DNA from: Octopus sinensis | Taxonomy: Eukaryota | Reading direction: 5' to 3' | NCBI RefSeq assembly: GCF_006345805.1 | Contig: NC_043019.1 | Location: 558,001-622,000, forward strand | Length of the DNA stretch: 64,000 bases | In this document: positions 1-13,037 of the stretch, piece after piece | Layout of the letters: the number at the start of each line of letters is the position of its first letter | How positions within the stretch are numbered: position 1 is the stretch's first letter | Position numbers and translations under genes: made by a program | The notes under the pieces: generated by a model | Seen by the model: only the letters and a program-made list of their open reading frames with translations | Told to the model about the DNA's origin: nothing | Databases searched by the model: none

Positions 1-133
1 GATTGCATCGCAATCATTAACATTTATGTAATAACTTGTTGGGTACTTCACTAGCAGTATATTGGATATACGTTATCCCATAGAGGGTTGCATTTACAAC
101 CCCTACCTCAATTTGTATATATATATATATATC

Positions 134-335
134 GGGAGAGTTTACGAAAAAAACACAAAAGACGAAGACAGGTGGTGTACAAAACAAACAGATGTATTAG
201 TATAACGCTCAGGAATAGAAAAAGTATTTTACGTTTCGAGCCTACGCTCTTCTACAGAAAGGGACACAGAATAAATAAGGTGGGAAACAAGGAGAGAAAA
301 AATGTGTGTAGGGGCTAACGATCTATCATGGCGAA
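134..335 (-). mobile_element. Short TA-embedded PLE-type terminal fragment, family P1
   Basis: Between (TA)n tracts; near-identical to 28030-28215 and 28738-28923; carries a hammerhead-like motif on the minus strand. Confidence 0.7.
226..261 (-). ncRNA. Minimal type-I hammerhead ribozyme fold, A6U core variant
   Basis: Minus strand reads CTTT-CTGTAGA-A-GAGC(GTAG)GCTC-GAAA-CG-TA-AAAT: stem I, core, 4-bp stem II, palindromic ACGT stem III, GUA site. Confidence 0.65.
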
Positions 336-350
336 TATATATATATATAT

Positions 351-794
351 AATGGTATTTTTATACAAGCATAAAGCTTATGCCGATCACCGTGTAATGA
401 CTAAGGAAAGTAGTCTAATAAAGAGGCATATAAGCCCTCGATAGATAGAAAAAAAAAGGCTTTCCTATGCGCGCTGGACTCGAACCCACATCCCTTTGTT
501 AATGCAGCAAAGTGTGTTAACTTTACACCAGCGAATTAGCCTCCCCATGTCCGTGAAATTTAAGAAATATATTAGCTCTTATTTGTTTTTATGAAAACAA
601 GCTTTCTATATTCGCTGGTGTAAAGGTAACACACTTAGTTGCGTTAACAAAGGGATGAGTTTCGAGTCCCCTGCAAATAAGAAATCCTCCTTTTTTTCTG
701 CCGAAGGCTTATATGCCTCTTTATTAGACTATTTTCCTTAGTCATTGCGCAGTGATCGCCATTTAAGGTTTAAGGTTATATAAAAATAACAATT
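351..794. mobile_element. Fold-back element with tRNA-like arms
   Basis: Imperfect inverted arms 351-536 and 610-794; each has a D-arm-like GTGT..ACAC, an anticodon-like CTTTG/CAAAG-type stem and a B-box (G)TTCGAGTCC. Confidence 0.75.
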
Positions 795-854
795 ATTATT
801 CTTTACAGGTTTGTAAAACACGGCACCCTATAAAAAACAAACATCTGCACCGAA

Positions 855-1342
<488 letters not shown>

Positions 1343-1452
1343 GGAGTAAAACACATAAATGTGAAACAAGGTGGAAAAAAGAGTACTCAAATACCAGTGG
1401 TAGAGTAAGTAATAGTAATGCTTTATTTAAAAGCAGCAGAAATTCAACAAAA

Positions 1453-1487
1453 CCTGCTCGAGTTTCACGTTCCCGTTCGTCGGACAG
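1453..1487 (-). ncRNA. Minimal hammerhead fold, U4C core, cleavage site deleted
   Basis: CTGT-CCGACGA-ACG(GGAA)CGT-GAAA-CTCGAG-CAG; lacks TAA relative to its partner copy. Confidence 0.55.
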
Positions 1488-1518
1488 TTTTGTTAAAGTT
1501 TTTTAGAATTTTAGCAAA

Positions 1519-1557
1519 CTGTGTCGACGAACGGGAACGTGAAACTCCGAGTAACAG
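1519..1557 (+). ncRNA. Minimal hammerhead fold, core lesion, intact GUA site
   Basis: CTGT-GTCGACGA-ACG(GGAA)CGT-GAAA-CTC(C)GAG-TA-ACAG. Confidence 0.6.
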
Positions 1558-1599
1558 GTTTTGTTGAATTTCTGCTGCTTTTAAATAAAGTATATATAT

Positions 1600-1646
<47 letters not shown>

Positions 1647-1728
1647 ATTATATATATATATATATATACATATATTTGATTAATGGAAGAGTGGAACATG
1701 GAAGATACGAGAATGGAATGTTTATTGA

Positions 1729-1787
1729 TTGTTACAATTGTTTCGACCCATCTAGCATCGATCCCTCACGGATGGGATACTTAACAA
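1729..1787 (-). ncRNA. Degenerate hammerhead-like fold
   Basis: TTGT/ACAA stem I, CCCATC/GATGGG stem II, GAAA, palindromic ACAATTGT stem III, GUA; the 5' core reads TAAGTAT instead of CTGANGA. Confidence 0.35.
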
Positions 1788-1934
1788 CTGGCTTAGTAGT
1801 ATCTGTCGGTGTAGATGTGTCTGCTCAGGTGATTAAAAGATGTATCTCCTTAAAATAACGTGTGTTCCGATAGATTCCTTTTTCGATATGTGTGTACAAA
1901 GATAATTAAGGGATACAGATTCAATATCGTACTA

Positions 1935-2249
1935 TCTAATAATAATAATAATAATAATCATAATAATAATCATAATAATAATAATAATAATAATGGTAAT
2001 AATATTAATAATGATGATGATGATGTTGATGGTGATGATGATAACACACACACACAAACACACACACACGCACACACACACACACACGCACACACACACG
2101 CACACACACAGACATATATGTCTACGTATGTATAACGTATGTATAATGTATAAATAAAGTGAATTTCGTGTGATAACATACACACACACACACATATATA
2201 TATATATAATGAGAGATAGACTGACCAGATAGCTAGCTAGCTAGCTAAC

Positions 2250-2309
<60 letters not shown>

Positions 2310-2510
2310 GAGATAGAAGATAGATAGATAGATAGATAGATAGACAAATAGCTAGCTAGCTACTTATATATATATATATATATATATGTAGATAGATACA
2401 CAGATAGATAAATAGACAAATAGCTAGCTAGCTACTATATATCTATATTTTATAAATATATTTATAATATATATAATATATATATCTATATTATGGATCC
2501 ATAGATAGAT

Positions 2511-2576
<66 letters not shown>

Positions 2577-2580
2577 CAGA
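1935..2580. repeat. Compound microsatellites (AAT)n, (GAT)n, (CA)n, (GATA)n, (GCTA)n
   Basis: Direct reading. Confidence 0.95.
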
Positions 2581-3115
2581 TAGAGGTTTGACCAAAAGTC
2601 ACCTGACAGTAAATCAAAACAATTTAATCCCAAGATTTATTTGTGTTCAACAAACTGAATGAATTTAATAAAAGCATCTAAATATGAAACATTATGATAA
2701 TTGTTAGAAGTGAAGTCCTTCTTGTAAGCATTCATAATTCGAAAGAATAGATAAAATTGAATATTAAGTAATTATGGAATTTTGATTTACTGTCGGGTGA
2801 CGTTTGGCCAACCCTGTTTATACAGGTCATGTTCGTGTGTTGCTATGTGAGTTTGACTATAACTTGAGTGATGCACACGAAGTTAAATTTCTCAGCTGAA
2901 TGATCGGTCTCTGTGAACTAAACAAAATAATGTCGCAGCTCACAAAAGTTATTAAATTTCTTACATCATTTATTCTTACAGTAACTTGGTTTCGGACGTT
3001 TAATTAAGTTCCAGACTGGATGTGAACTTGGATTTGGCCGTTTCTATATTTTAATTATTTACAATGATTAGTTCCAGCAGTAGTTAATTCCCTTATAGAC
3101 CATAAGTTCTTTGTA

Positions 3116-3434
3116 GTGGAGGCGCAATGGCCCAGTGGTTAGGGCAGCGGACACGCGGTCGTAGGATCGCGGTTTCGATTCCCAGACCGGGCGTTGTGAG
3201 TGTTTATTGAGCAAAAACACCTAAAAGCTCCACGAGGCTCCGGCAGGGGATGGTGGTGATCCCTGCTGTACTCTTTCACCACAACTTTCTCTCACTCTTA
3301 CTTCCTGTTTCTGTTGTACCTGTATTTCAAGGGGCCGGCCTTGTCACTCTCTGTGTCACGCTGAATATCCCCGAGAACTACGTTAAGGGTACACGTGTCT
3401 GTGGAGTGCTCAGCCACTTGCACGTTAATTTCAC
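3116..3434 (+). mobile_element. tRNA-derived SINE family B
   Basis: Head GGAGGCGCAATGGCCCAGTGGTTAGGGCAGCGG..GGTTTCGATTCCC; many copies in the window. Confidence 0.9.
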
Positions 3435-3455
3435 GTCTTGTTATCTTATTCTGTA

Positions 3456-3795
3456 TTTTACTTGGTTCAGTACTGTGACTGCGGCCATGCTGGGGCATCA
3501 CCTTGAGGAAAAATAATTATTTTTCAAGCCTGTTACTTAATCTATCAACCCTTTGTGTGGAACCACTAAGTTATGGCGTGGTAAACACACCAACACCGGT
3601 TGTCCAGCGGTGGTGGGGGACAAAATCACGCACACACGTACATACGACGGACTTTTTCCAAATTTCGTCTGCCAAAACCATGCACAAGATTTTGATCGGC
3701 CCAGGGCTATATTCGAGGAGACTTACCCAAGTATTGAATCCGCAACCATGTGGCTGGGAAGCAAATTTCTTGCCACAAAGCCACTTATACGCCTA
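3456..3795 (-). mobile_element. SINE family A, degenerate
   Basis: Matches family A tail (GCATGGCCGCAG) and head in reverse. Confidence 0.8.
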
Positions 3796-4222
3796 TTTCA
3801 TTAAAAAATTGTACTCCTGTCATTATAGTATTACAGAAATGTTGGCAAGTATGATCTATCTACCACGAGTCATAGGACGCATACGGTTTCCCTTTAAAGC
3901 GGTTGCAATGGAGTTTAACGAAGGGAAATTATAACACACCTCTCTGGACATGACGCCGGTCCGTCGCAGGGTTAACTTTCCAGCGATTTGTAGAATTCAT
4001 TTTGCGCTGGGTGGAATGGAATATCCTAGCATGAAGTGTTTTGCTCAAAACAAAAAAACAATGCACGGCCCGCAGTTATTAATCTTGTCAATATTTCGGT
4101 CTACAAATATCGTTAATGATCTACGAAATTAAAAACATATTAGGAATACTATTATTTCTAACTCTCTCTAAAGAAGACTTCGGCTACACACCAACTCAAA
4201 TATATGTGTCTAAGATGCTCCA

Positions 4223-4450
4223 TGTGGAGGCGCGGTCGGAGGATCGCAGTTTCGATTTCCAGACTGGGCGTTGTGTGTGTTTATTGAGCGAAAACACCTA
4301 AAGTTCCACGTGGCTCCGGTAGGTAGTGGGGTCCTTTTTCTTGAATAACGCTGCGATGGAGTGGCGTCCCGTCCAGCTGGGGGGAACTCATACGCCATAG
4401 AAACCGGGAAACCGAGCCCATGAGCCTGGCTAGGCTTGAAAAGGGTGCAT
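4223..4450 (+). mobile_element. SINE family B variant
   Basis: B-box and TTTATTGAGCGAAAACACC body. Confidence 0.85.
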
Positions 4451-4867
4451 AAGTAAATTAAAAAGATGCTCCATATTTTTCTTTGTTTCTGTTACTCGCG
4501 ATAAAATAATTTTTTATCTTAAGATTCTAAATTAGCGCTAAATTAGCAAATTGAAATTAGAATTATTTGAAATTTATATTAAAATATCGCACAAAAAAAA
4601 AATAGATGGTAAATCCTATAAAAATTGCAGTCACCGTAATGATAATTTTATCGGTAGATTATGAGTGAAATATAAATGAAATTGAAGTTAATTCTGTATC
4701 TATTATGGTTGAAGAATGTGCTGAGTCGGGGAAAAAGTTACCGTTCTGAGCAAAATGTCAAGCGTATTTTCTTCCGGTTTTACGTTCTGTGTTCAAATGC
4801 CATCAAGTCTGTGTTTGCTTTTCATTCTTTCGGGGCCAATAAAACGAGTTAAAACGATAAACGTCGC

Positions 4868-5102
4868 CCTTTTCAGGACGGGACGCCGGTCTATCGCAGA
4901 GTTACTCGAGGAACAGGAAGAGAGAGTGAGAGAAAGTTGTAGCGAAAGAGTACAACAGGGGTCACCCCCTCCTGCCGGAGACTCGTGGAGCTTTTAGATG
5001 TTTTCGCTCAATAAACACACGCAACGCCCAGTCTGGGAATCGAAACCACGATTCTCTGACCGCGAGTCCGCTGCCCTAATCACTGGGCCATTTAGCCTCC
5101 AC
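4868..5102 (-). mobile_element. SINE family B
   Basis: Reverse complement of the family B head and body. Confidence 0.85.
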
Positions 5103-5324
5103 AATAAAACGAGTACCGGTTCAAAACTGAGATCGATGTAACTGACTCGTCCACTTCTTCCAAGTTCCAGACTTGTGCCTATTGTAGAAAGGATTACATA
5201 ACTGTGCTAGTACAAGTATTACAGTTACAGAAAAATGCATGTTAAACACAACTTTCTACTATTGGCACTAGGCCTGAAATTCCTGACATCGATCCCAGTG
5301 TATAACTGGTATTCATTTCATTTC

Positions 5325-5560
5325 AAGGCGGCGAGCTGGCAGAAACATTAGCACGCCGGGCGAAATGCTTAGCGGTATTTCGTCTGCGTTACGTTGTGAG
5401 TTCAAATTCCGTCGAGGTCGACTTTGCCTTTCATCCTTTCGGGGTCGATAAATTAAATACCAGTTACGCACTGGGGTCGATGTAATCGACTTAATACTTA
5501 TGTCTGTCCTTGTTTGTCCCCTCTGTGTTTAGCCCCTTGTGGGTAATAAAGAAATAGGTA
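5325..5560 (+). mobile_element. tRNA-derived SINE family C
   Basis: AAGGCGGCGAGCTGGCAGAAAC..GAGTTCAAATTCC..GGGTAATAAAGAAATAGG. Confidence 0.92.
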
Positions 5561-5803
5561 TTCATTTCATTTATTCCGACCGGAAAGAATGCAACCGAAA
5601 GCCTATCTCACAGGAATATGAGCTCAGAACATTAAGACGGAGGATATTCTGCAAAACATTTGATATACTTTACTATGAAATTAAATTTCATTGTAATTCC
5701 CATAATGATGTTAATTATCTATCAATAATTAAAAATTATATTTTCTGCTTGTGCAATACTTTTCATTATGCCTTGTAGGTAAAGTTTTATATTCACTACT
5801 TAC

Positions 5804-6151
5804 CTGATTTGTAAAGTGATATTTGACGAAAAATATGAAACAATTAAGAAATTCTGGAGAATTGTCTTTTGCAAAAAGTTTCATTGGGATTGTTATCGCA
5901 TCTCGCAGCTCAATGGAGAGTTGTTTTCCAAAGCATTTGCAGAAAAAAGCTTTCCGCAGTTAATGGTAATAAAATTTTGATAGAATATATCGCTTTCCAT
6001 GTTCAAAGGGTTGAAAATGTTGATAAATGAAATAATTTGAAGGCTAAAACTAAATCGATACTTTATGTGCTAAGAGTTCCAAATATTTACAGCTGGATTA
6101 GGTTGTTGCAGAAGTATTCAAATTGCAATTTAAATGCGTATGGAAACATAC
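5804..6151 (-). pseudogene. Exon-like island with stops and a frameshift
   Basis: TTTTTCAG acceptor and CAG|GTAAG donor; reads ..KQLSIELRDAITIPMKLFAKDNSPEFLNCFIFFVKYHFTNQ. Confidence 0.4.
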
Positions 6152-7740
6152 TGAAAAAGGATCACCACTTTATACCACGGTATTATGGATTATCATAATA
6201 GAAAGGTGAGAAAAAATTTCGGCGTAATTATTTTAAAACACACATTTCAACAGATTGAATTAATAGAAGAACCACAAAATTACTCGTCTTTTGTTCTTTA
6301 CAGATACAAATAAATGCCATTCGTACTTGTTAGTGAGCCTGCTATATGCTAACTTTTTTTGGCTTTTTGTTTTGGTCAAATTTTATCTGGAATAAAGCAA
6401 CGTGCATTATCACCGAGATTACTGATGGGGAATATTTGAATAATGTAGAATTAAATAATTAAAATTACAAGATTACGGCTTCAAATGACATACGGAAGAA
6501 TGAGATTTTTTCACGCAAAGAAGTCAAATATTTGAGCTGTAATGTTAGTGCATTGAAAATCAAAAACATTATCCGTGAAATATAACGATACTATAATTAA
6601 ATTATGAAGTACAGAAAACAATGCAAACGATGTGTTAGTATTTGTTACGAAAGGCAGGTAGTATTGCACATTCATTAAAAACATCACAAGTTTTAGTGAA
6701 CCTTAAGTTAACAAAAACCGAGAGAGCGTGCTATTCAAATCGTTAGATGACTATTAACGAAGTTTTAATGAGTTGAAAATTAAGGCCACGGGGATTAGAC
6801 GTGCAATGGAAACTCGTCTCTAATCTTGGATTGGTTCTGTAACTGTTGGATTGGTTCTGTTCCAACGTAAAAATTGGGTTGAACGTCTGTGAGTTAAAAC
6901 CCATAAATGATTGAACGTACAATAACTGATATTTACAAATATAGAGATTAACTTGTTTATTCGATGTTAGATCACTTTCTATATAAACGAAATTTAGAAT
7001 CAAAAGACCACATAAAACCACACTCCTCTAGTAAGTATTTGACTGCTGGATATAAACAGACGAGGAAATACGTCTTAGAGACTGAAACTTTAGCAGGTGT
7101 TATTAGCATCATAAAATTATACTGAATAATATACTTAGGAGCAACACCAACATCATAATACTTTATCAACCCTAGAGACCATGCATGGTTACGATTTTTA
7201 TAATTTCCCTTACAAGCATATATTATCTCACTTTGAAATAAATCGAATCATTGGTGAATGTTCTGATGGAATGCTGGTTTCTATTTAAAAATTCGATCAA
7301 ATATAAAGAAAATATCGATATTGCTCAAACTAAACTATTCACCAATAAAATCTAGCCGAAAAATACGATATCGAACGCGAACACCAAAGAGAATATTGGA
7401 ACATGGGAATTTATCAATTTTGTAGTCAAATTTTCCAAAAGTAATTGTTCCTAAAATATTACAAAATAAAAGTTTGCCTCAACTGCGTTAATGATATTTT
7501 AGCGTTTTTAAATGAAACGTGTCACAGATTCAGGGACTAGCAGCAGATGCAAACTCATCTTGATGTTCGATGCGATGGGAAAATCCTGCACATGTGAATT
7601 AAGTACTAATATACCTGCTTCAAAATACAGTAAAGGAACAGAAGCAGGTGGAATACGGCAATAAATACATATGGAACACATCAGTGCGTTTTATGATAAA
7701 AGGCGGTTTATTGTTATGAATTCGGTTTCGAAATATCTAT

Positions 7741-7884
7741 AGGTGCAGGAGTGGCTGCGTGGTAAGTAGCTTGTTCTGGGTTTAGTCCCACTGCGTAGCA
7801 CCTTGGGTGTCTTCTACTATAGCCTCGGGCCGACTAAAGCCTTGTGAGTGGATTTGGTAGAAGGAAACTGAAAGAAGCCCGTCG

Positions 7885-7954
<70 letters not shown>

Positions 7955-7979
7955 GACAGAAACTGAAAGAAGCCTGTCG

Positions 7980-8038
<59 letters not shown>

Positions 8039-8251
8039 GTGTTTGTGTGTATATGTTTGTGTGTTTGTCTCCCCAACATCGCTTGACAACCGATGCTGGT
8101 GTGTTTAAGCCCCCGTAACTTAGCGGTTCGGCAAGAAAAACGATAGAATAAGTACTAGGCTTACAAACAATAAGTCTTGGGGGGTCGACTAAACGCGGTG
8201 CTCCAGCATGGCCGCAGCCAAATGACTGAAACAAGTAAAAGAGTAAAAGAG
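7741..8251 (+). mobile_element. tRNA-derived SINE family A with internal (TA)n(TG)n
   Basis: Head GCAGGAGTGGCTG.GTGGTAAG, central microsatellite, tail GGTGCTCCAGCATGGCCGCAG..(AAAAGAGT)n. Confidence 0.92.
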
Positions 8252-8466
8252 TTTGCAACAATGACATCAGTAACTGCTACTGAAGCGTTGAACACATCAT
8301 CATCATCATCATCATCTATACGACAATCATCATAATATATTCTCTACATTCGATAGTTTGAATACGATACGATACGATATCGATCTTACATGCGTTGTCT
8401 TCATTCTCTCACTGCGTTCGAAGTATTTCCAAATTCTTGATGCGAGCCATGAAATGCAATTCTTGA

Positions 8467-8550
8467 TCTTCTTCTTCTTCTTCTTCTTCTTCTTCTTCTT
8501 CTTCTTCTTCTTCTTCTTCTTCTTCTTCTTCTTCTTCTTCTTCTTCTTCA
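8467..8550. repeat. (TTC)n microsatellite
   Basis: Direct reading. Confidence 0.97.
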
Positions 8551-8736
8551 ATCTTCCATTAAACATAATTCTTTTTCTCCCCTGTTTACAGTCAGTCCAA
8601 ACCAATTTTACTGTGTACTTGAGACATACATTACAAAACAAAAAAAAAACACTGAAATATTTCATTTTTGTTTGTCTATCTATCTTTCTATTTTTTTTTG
8701 CATGAAGAGAATTCAACTTGCCATCATCGTCATCAT

Positions 8737-8836
8737 NNNNNNNNNNNNNNNNNNNNNNNNNNNNNNNNNNNNNNNNNNNNNNNNNNNNNNNNNNNNNNNN
8801 NNNNNNNNNNNNNNNNNNNNNNNNNNNNNNNNNNNN
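8737..8836. other. Assembly gap (100 N)
   Basis: Run of N. Confidence 1.
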
Positions 8837-9105
8837 GAAGTGTATCCCAGTTCTTATAACCAGTTTAAAGATAATGCTTTTTCATTAGTCCTAGATAATT
8901 ATCGTATTTCTGCTACGCTATGTTATCAGTGTGAGTATTCAACGCCGGGCAAACGTTTTACTGCATTAGATATTATTTATTCTACGCAGTTAAAATGTAT
9001 AGTAGGTGATGTTTAATTTATTCATGTCTTGCTGTATACATCCTTCAGCAAATGTATAAAATTAATTAACATTTACACCGGCAACTTGTTGCTTTGTACA
9101 CACGT

Positions 9106-9512
9106 TACTCTTTACTCTTTTACTCTTTTACTTGTTTCACTCATTTGACTGCGACCATGCTGGAGCACCGCCTTTAATCGAGCAACTCGACCCCAGGGAC
9201 TTATTCTTTTTGTAAGCCCAGTACTTATTCTCTTTTGCCGAACCGCTGAGTAACGGGGACACAAACACACCAGCATCGGTTGTCAAGCAATGCTAGAGGA
9301 GACAAATACAGACACACAAACACACACACGCATAATATATATATATACATATATACGACGGGCTTCTTTCAGTTTCCGTCTACCAAATCCACTCACAAGG
9401 CTTTGGTCGGCCGGCGGCTATAGCAGAAGACACTTGCCCAAGGTGCCACGCAGTGGGACTGAACCCGGAACCATGTGGTTGGTAATCAAGCTACTTACCA
9501 CACAGCCACTCC
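9106..9512 (-). mobile_element. SINE family A
   Basis: Full reverse-complement match. Confidence 0.92.
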
Positions 9513-9949
9513 CAATTAATGTTTAAAATTAATTAACATTCACACCGGCAACTTGTTGCTTTGTACACACATTGATCAGCTTTCCTTTAAAATTTGTAAA
9601 GTAATAAATTAGATTTGTATGAAAATAGACGAAATAGACGAAATAGGGCTAGGCATTTCGCCCGGCGCGCTAACGTTTCTACCTGCTCGCCACCTTAAAC
9701 ATATCAACCACTTTCTCCATCTGACTTTGAACCACTTCAATATATATAAATTCTACATTGTCTAAAAATCAGATCAACTGTTCTAATATGTTTTTTTTTT
9801 CCCACGTTTTTCTTCCTTTTATTTGATTTCTTTTTCGTTTTTTAGATTTGATACTTTCAGCGGTTATTCTTTTCTATCGACTGCTTGATGATTTTTTTTT
9901 GTGTGTTGATAAAAATGTAACAAAATTATTTATTACATAACTGAAATCT

Positions 9950-11030
9950 TACTGCATTTGTATTCAGCATTCAAAAACGACCTCTAGTCGCATTTCTTTA
10001 AACCATATGCTTAAGTATTGTTGAAATTGCTGTTTTTGTCATTTGGAATCATCCACGAATATGCGACATCCATTTCTATAAAGTGTAAGCTGCTCGTATG
10101 GTTTGCTAAACGTAGCATTATATATTGCTACGATGAATCGCTTGTCACAAACAGTTGCCATGAGCTCAATGGGGCTTAGGTCAAAGCAATATTTACACCG
10201 GTAGCTGAAAGCAAATGCTGCATGAATCTAAGCATAGTAGAAGGAAACCCAGTTTGAAATCGGTCAGCGGAGGTACGTCCTTGCGGGGTCTTCGTGGCTG
10301 ATAGATACTTACCACTGTTCAGGTATACAAGAAAGGCGGCGAGCTGGTAGAAACGTTAGCACGCCGGGCGAAATGCTTAGCGGTATTTCGTCTGCCGTTA
10401 CGTTCTGAGTTCAAATTCCGCCGAGGTCGACTTTGCCTTTCATCCTTTCGGGGTCGATAAATTAAGTACCAGTTATGCACTGGGATCGATATAATCAACT
10501 TAATCCGCTTGTCTGTCCTTGTTTATCCCTTCTGTGTTTAGCCCCTTGCGGGTAGTAAAGATATAGGTATTTCGTTTGCCGTTACGTTCTGAGTTCAAAT
10601 TCCGCCGAGGTCGACTTTGCCTTTCATCCTTTCGGGGTCGATAAATTAAGTACCAGTTACGCACTGGGGTCGGTGTAATCGACTTAATCCCTCTGTCTGT
10701 CCTTGTTTGTCCCCCCTCTGTGTTTAGCCCCGTTGGGTAGTAACACAATAGGTATATAAGGTTACCCGAATGTTCTGAGTTCAATTATCACTAAAGGTAG
10801 TATTTGAAAACAGCTGGAGGCTATTTCAGAATCATCACCCGGGTATATTCGTCTCCTTTAGAGTTTCAGTAACTAACGAACCGAAACACTTGCTTGACAG
10901 ATATTCTTCCTTGGAAGATAACTCCTGCTACCAGGTCGCCCAGTAGCGATTTTTCCGCTTACTTTCACGTCTAAGCATTTCTGATGTTCTGTTTGGAGTA
11001 AATGTTACACAATCTTCCTCAGTAAATAAT
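9950..11030 (-). pseudogene. Exon-like island interrupted by a SINE C array
   Basis: Removing the SINE at its AGGTATA(C/T)AAG duplication restores one frame (..RTFG*PCIPEQW*VSISHEDPARTYLR*..YRCKYCFDLSPIELMATVCDKRFIV..); GCA|GTAAG donor. Confidence 0.4.
10333..10755 (+). mobile_element. SINE family C head-to-tail array (full plus headless unit)
   Basis: Second unit restarts at GGTATTTCG; 11-bp TSD-like AGGTATA(C/T)AAG. Confidence 0.92.
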
Positions 11031-11199
11031 ATACAAGGTAAGCCCTATTTTATTATATTCGATGAATTCACCACTGCGTGTTTCTTAACAGTGAGAAACC
11101 TGTGGTTTGGAGCGTTAACTCATCTTTCTAGCAAGTAGTATTCCGGTACCCTACTCTATTTGTATATTTTATCTATAAAGGTTAAACTTGCCGGTTACC

Positions 11200-11254
<55 letters not shown>

Positions 11255-11439
11255 CATTATTACTATTATTATTATTATTATTATTATTATTATGTATAAG
11301 GTAAAGAGTACGTCATTAAATATTATATGTATAAATATATCTATAGATATATGTATATATATATATATGTATATTATATATGTATATATATGTGTATGTA
11401 TATATATATATATATATTATATATATGTGTATATATTAC

Positions 11440-12902
11440 ATATATATAAGAAAATAGTAAAGAGTGAAAAAACGACAGAAGGCTTAAATGTTAAAAAATA
11501 TATATATTTGTGTCAAAATGTCTGGAGAATATTGGAAAAAATTTTTTCCTTTTCCTTAAAATGACATAATTTAAAAATTTTTAAAGAAATTACCGGTTTC
11601 GCGTGTAGCTTTTCAAATTTCTTGTGACGTTATGTTTATATTGCATAGAGTTATCGTTGTGTTTATTTTCAGGAGATTTCTAAATAAGGGGAGGTAGTGA
11701 GTGATTTCTTCCGGTGTAAGGGAGATAATCGCTTAAAAATTTTTTTTCCTTTCCCTTGTTAATTTCTCTGTGTCAGTATGTTCGGATGGTTGAGTCTGGG
11801 TTTGTACTTTTCAATGAAGAATGTTTCCTTGTTCAGTCTCATTTGTGTTGATGATCCGAAAGCACATTGGTAAAATGGGAAGATTAAAAATTGTGGCAGT
11901 AGTTGCTTTGCGCATTTCTCAATGCCTCACTAAAAGGTATCATTCTATATTCTGGGAATGCAAATCGTTGTCGATGCAGTGTGCATCTACGCTGAGTGAT
12001 AGTCCCGTGGAACCCACGTAGTCTTGGTGGCAGCCCGAGCATTTAATGACATAAATTATGTTTCAGAGGCACAAGTAAAGTTAGATTTGATCTGAATTTT
12101 TGTCCCTCTTAAAGAGGAATTCTGATCCTTCTAGTAGGTTAGGGCATGTTGCACAGTTCGATCTACCACATTTTTTACTTTTGCATCCGTATTTTAGAAG
12201 ACAATTTTGCCTTTGTGAGAATCTTTTTAAGTGATTTAGGCTGTTTGTAGCTTTTAATGATTTGGTGTAGGTTTAGAATTTCCTTAATTTTGGGTTTTTA
12301 TGAAGTATTGGTAAATTCTGGGTGATGATGGTGAAGGCTTCTTTGTTTCTGGGGTTGTATGTAGATATGTAAGGTAGTATTTTCGGGGAAGGTGTGTGTT
12401 GTGTTGAACTTTTCTTAAAGTTTCTATGTTGATTTCTGGTGCACGTCTGATCCCATCCTATATGAGTTGAGCTGGGTAATGTCTGTCAATTAGGGTGTTT
12501 TTGAGTTCTTGCAATCTAAAGTTCCTGGTATTTTGTTCTGACACTATTGTGCATATCCTTCTTGCAAGGTTGAGGGGATGTTTGTTTTAGTGTGTCTTGG
12601 GTGGCATGAATTAAAAAGAAGGTATGTTTGGCGTCTTGGCTTTGTAAAAAATGTCTGTTTCTCTTTAAGGTTAATTTTTTAATAGTATATCAAGAACGGG
12701 AGCTCCTTTTGGTTGTATTCCATTGTGAACTGTATATTTGGGTTTATGCTGTTCAATAGGTTTTTATTTTAGGAGTTTATCTATGTTTTCATTCCAGAGA
12801 ATGAAACATCGTCTAGGGATCGTTTCCAATTCTCTTTTATGTATTGAGAGAGGGAGTTTCCAAAGATTGATATGGCTATCGATATGTTAAGGAAGGGTTT
12901 CA
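11440..12902 (-). mobile_element. Inverted copy of the 3' end of the Neptune-type PLE
   Basis: Reverse complement of about 16956-15527, then jumps to about 15190-15157. Confidence 0.95.
11584..11623 (-). ncRNA. Minimal hammerhead, U3-A8 core, in the inverted pLTR
   Basis: Exact reverse complement of 16778-16817. Confidence 0.75.
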
Positions 12903-13037
12903 ATATTCAATATTCTCCAGACATTTTGACACAAATATATATATTTTTAACATTTAAGCCTTCTGTCGTTTTTTCACTCTTTACTATTTTCTTATATATT
13001 CCCCCGTGCTTTACCAAACAAAACTGTATTATTATAT

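Larger units (their letters stand above)
1341..1590. mobile_element. TA-embedded PLE-type fragment ending in a fold-back, family P2
   Basis: Inverted arms 1421-1492 and 1515-1590, each with a hammerhead-like motif; (TA)n on both sides. Confidence 0.75.

Noticed and set aside
3116-3190. tRNA genes at SINE heads
   Set aside because: Acceptor and anticodon stems are broken and each continues into a SINE body
8330-8716. Poly-K, poly-F or poly-E ORFs
   Set aside because: They come from a (TTC)n tract next to an assembly gap; at most part of the uncertain pseudogene
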